Shown here: positions 61,183 through 64,000 of the stretch, piece by piece
Numbering within the stretch: the first letter of the stretch is position 1
Layout: each line of letters opens with the position of its first letter
Position numbers and translations under genes: made by a program
The notes under the pieces: generated by a model
The model's input: the letters and a program-made list of their open reading frames with translations, nothing else
Told to the model about the DNA's origin: nothing
Database searches by the model: none
Assembly: GCA_051294375.1 (NCBI GenBank)
Contig: CM119265.1
Span: 15,290,963-15,354,962 of the forward strand
DNA from: Paraspadella gotoi
Taxonomy: Eukaryota; Animalia; Chaetognatha
DNA length: 64,000 nt
Direction of reading: 5' to 3'

Positions 61183-61478
61183 GTTTTTCTCTAAAAAATA
61201 GTAAGTGCCCAAAAAATGATTTGAAAGAGATGAAAAAGGTGAATTTGTACGATTTATTTATTTATATACCGTATATCATATTATATTGTATTACATTCAA
61301 TATATAAGATTTTATATATACATATGCATTGTACATTATATATTTAGCATGATTTATTCTAATTTCCTAATGACTTCAAAACAGAGTAGCGCTAAATACT
61401 AAGTGACTAAGTGACCATCGAACGGTCGGTCGGTAAAATCGTCACCTCGAAATCACCTTTCACGAAATCACGAAAGCG

Positions 61479-61610
61479 CATTTAGTCCAACGTAGTCTTC
61501 TTACTCTTTTAGTCATTTAGTCATTTAGTCATTTAGTCCAACGTAGTCTTCTTACTCTTTTAGTCATTTAGTCATTTAGTCATTTAGTCCAACGTAGTCT
61601 TCTTACTCTT
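61479..61610. repeat. 51-bp tandem repeat with nested (CATTTAGT)n
   Basis: ccaacgtagtcttcttactctt occurs at 61487, 61538 and 61589. Confidence 0.93.
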
Positions 61611-61619
61611 GTTTGTCAC

Positions 61620-61725
61620 TTTTATTAGTTGCGTCGCGAGTACTCCCGGAGCAACTCTATAAGTCACTTTTCGGTCGGTCTGTCGGTCGGTCCATCAGTA
61701 TGTCTTTCGTCGGTCTGTTCCACTT
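61620..61725 (+). mobile_element. 5' end of a second DINE-1/HINE-like element
   Basis: T-run, then AGTTGC...GCAACT stem-loop, CTCTATAA and a (GGTC)n microsatellite. The layout is the same as 5818-5750 on the minus strand. Confidence 0.55.
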
Positions 61726-63316
61726 ATATTAAAAATGCATATAATTTGCCTATAATTGGTTGCTCATTTATAAAGCCAGAAAAAAAACCTCAAATCTAAT
61801 GGAAAGTTAGCGCCGCCTTAAGAAATCCTAAAACTATAAGGAATAAACGACAAAATTTTGATGCAGTTCATGTCATAAATACACGGGCTAAAAAAGTTAA
61901 TAAGTTATTGCAGTCATGTATTCATGTCATGTCATGTCACGGAAAATACACGTGATAAGGTAGTCACTTCGGCGCAACACATTTTAATTACCGTTCTTTT
62001 TTTTCCCACAATTTTAACCAAAGATTTTTACTTACCTCTTCCACTTTCCTTTCTTCCCTCTCACCATCGCCACCCATCGGATCTCACTTCTTTTGTTCGG
62101 CCTCCGACTTTTGTTGCATCTTAACGACGCGTGGCGGCGCAGGCGGCGGCGGCGCTAGAGCCGGCTTCTCGTCTTCCAGGATAGAATGGTGGGAACGTCT
62201 TCGTCGTCGGCGTGGACGACGACCACGGAAGCCAAGCGAGTTTGAATGTTTCATTAACTTCACCTTAATTGGGTGCGAGTGCGAGTTCTGACNNNNNNNN
62301 NNNNNNNNNNNNNNNNNNNNNNNNNNNNNNNNNNNNNNNNNNNNNNNNNNNNNNNNNNNNNNNNNNNNNNNNNNNNNNNNNNNNNNNNNNNNNNNNNNNN
62401 NNNNNNNNNNNNNNNNNNNNNNNNNNNNNNNNNNNNNNNNNNNNNNNNNNNNNNNNNNNNNNNNNNNNNNNNNNNNNNNNNNNNNNNNNNNNNNNNNNNN
62501 NGAGAGAGAGAGAGAGAGAGAGAGAGAATCGTTTCGTGACGACGATTAAGGCACCGCTAAACGGAACAGCTTCACATCATTCACTCGACGAAAAAAAAAA
62601 ATCCTTTCAATTTTGTTATACATGCGCTTCCTTTTCAAATTGGACAAAAAGAAGTAAGATTTAATACGAATCGTCGTCGTCGACTCAAATCTCCGATCCG
62701 ACTTGGCATCCATAGATTCCCTTCATCCTCGAGAGATGTCGCGACTGAAATTCCCGGGGAAACTTGGAAAGGGTCCTCCCAACGCCGAACAAAAGATCCC
62801 GAAGAAACCCAAACGGTTTTAAAAATTACCAAAATAAAGAAGAGAAATGGACTCCTAAGAAATGAGAGGACGAGGGGCAGGGTGGGTGCTGCTCTGCTGC
62901 GGGTAAGTCAACAGAAAACTGGAAAGGCTGACGCAGACAGAGAGAGAGAGGCGGCGAGCATCAAGGAGCATCACGAGAAAGATTTTTACTCATTTCTTTT
63001 TATGTGAGGAAATTCTCGGCAGTTAAAAAAAAAGANNNNNNNNNNNNNNNNNNNNNNNNNNNNNNNNNNNNNNNNNNNNNNNNNNNNNNNNNNNNNNNNN
63101 NNNNNNNNNNNNNNNNNNNNNNNNNNNNNNNNNNNNNNNNNNNNNNNNNNNNNNNNNNNNNNNNNNNNNNNNNNNNNNNNNNNNNNNNNNNNNNNNNNNN
63201 NNNNNNNNNNNNNNNNNNNNNNNNNNAATATCGGGAAGAAAAGAGAAAGAGAAAAGAGACAGATAATATTAGATATGAGAAAGAAGGAAAGAATGAAAAG
63301 AAAGAAATAAAGAAAG

Positions 63317-63359
<43 letters not shown>

Positions 63360-63443
63360 AAAGAAAAAACATAAGGAAAAAGAAAGAAAGAAGGAAGAAA
63401 GACAAGAAGAACGAAAGAAGAATAAAAATAAGACAAGAAAAGA

Positions 63444-63476
<33 letters not shown>

Positions 63477-64000
63477 GAAACAAACAAGTTAATAAACAAA
63501 CATTGAGAGAAACACAATGGCAAAAAAAAAAAGTAAGAAAAAATCAAAGAAAAAGAAAATTAAAACAACAAACAGACAGACGTAGAGACCAACGTACTGA
63601 CGAACAGACAGAAAGAAACGTAGTCGATGATGAGGAGGATGACAACTCGTAAAAAGGGGGAATCTCGTCTCTAATGGAGGAAAAAAAGTAAAAGAAGGAA
63701 AAAAAAAAGAAAATCAGGAAAAAGTAATGGGAGTTTTATGCCCAACTTTATGAATGTACCTTTTTTTATTTTGAGGAAGGGACGACGAACTAAAATTTTA
63801 AAGTGGTGGCAAGGAAACACGAAAGCTTTTAAATGGAAGAGCGAGACAGAATCTATTGCAAAACGTGCAGAGTAAATAAAGTCCACATGTTTCAATTGCG
63901 TAATGAACGTAAACGTGAACACTGAACAATGTTCAGTGAACATACCTAAGGTGAACATAACTAAGGTTTTACTGTTTCCTGCTCTGATTCACGATTGTTT

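Noticed and set aside
62650-62910. Possible exon ending at GG|GTAAGT
   Set aside because: There is no recognisable domain, the frame is ambiguous and no clear acceptor is visible.

Overview
This is eukaryotic (invertebrate-type, intron-rich) genomic DNA from a gapped draft assembly. Many stretches carry indel errors typical of raw long reads, and (GA)n, (GAC)n and (GAAA)n microsatellites produce most of the spurious ORFs. Host genes I can support are a multi-exon apolipoprotein D-like lipocalin (500-1742, +), with an E-box cluster and TATA box upstream, and an unusually long XK-related membrane protein gene (10942-6352, -) whose last exon is the 635-aa ORF. Weaker candidates are exons of an Ig-like and an EGF-like protein. 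Mobile DNA dominates the rest. It includes a full-length but frameshifted BEL/Pao LTR retrotransposon (20238-26975) and a minus-strand Gypsy integrase/LTR remnant (about 28.9-30.5 kb). There is also a CsRn1-clade Gypsy element with both LTRs, a tRNA-Trp PBS and a 4-bp TSD (42026-47205), followed by two more internal copies (48256-54832). Smaller elements are DINE-1/HINE-like elements, a tRNA-derived SINE-like repeat and MITE-like repeats. The leads most worth following are the XK protein with extra repeated transmembrane hairpin modules, a non-canonical -1 frameshift signal (G_UCA_AAC plus hairpin) at the Gypsy gag/pol junction, a length-preserving inversion inside the Gypsy element, an intron-like unit conserved in both BEL LTRs, and a tRNA-headed repeat with a compensatory stem change. 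Several local duplications begin at N-gaps and are probably assembly artefacts. I cannot claim a confirmed new system from sequence alone.
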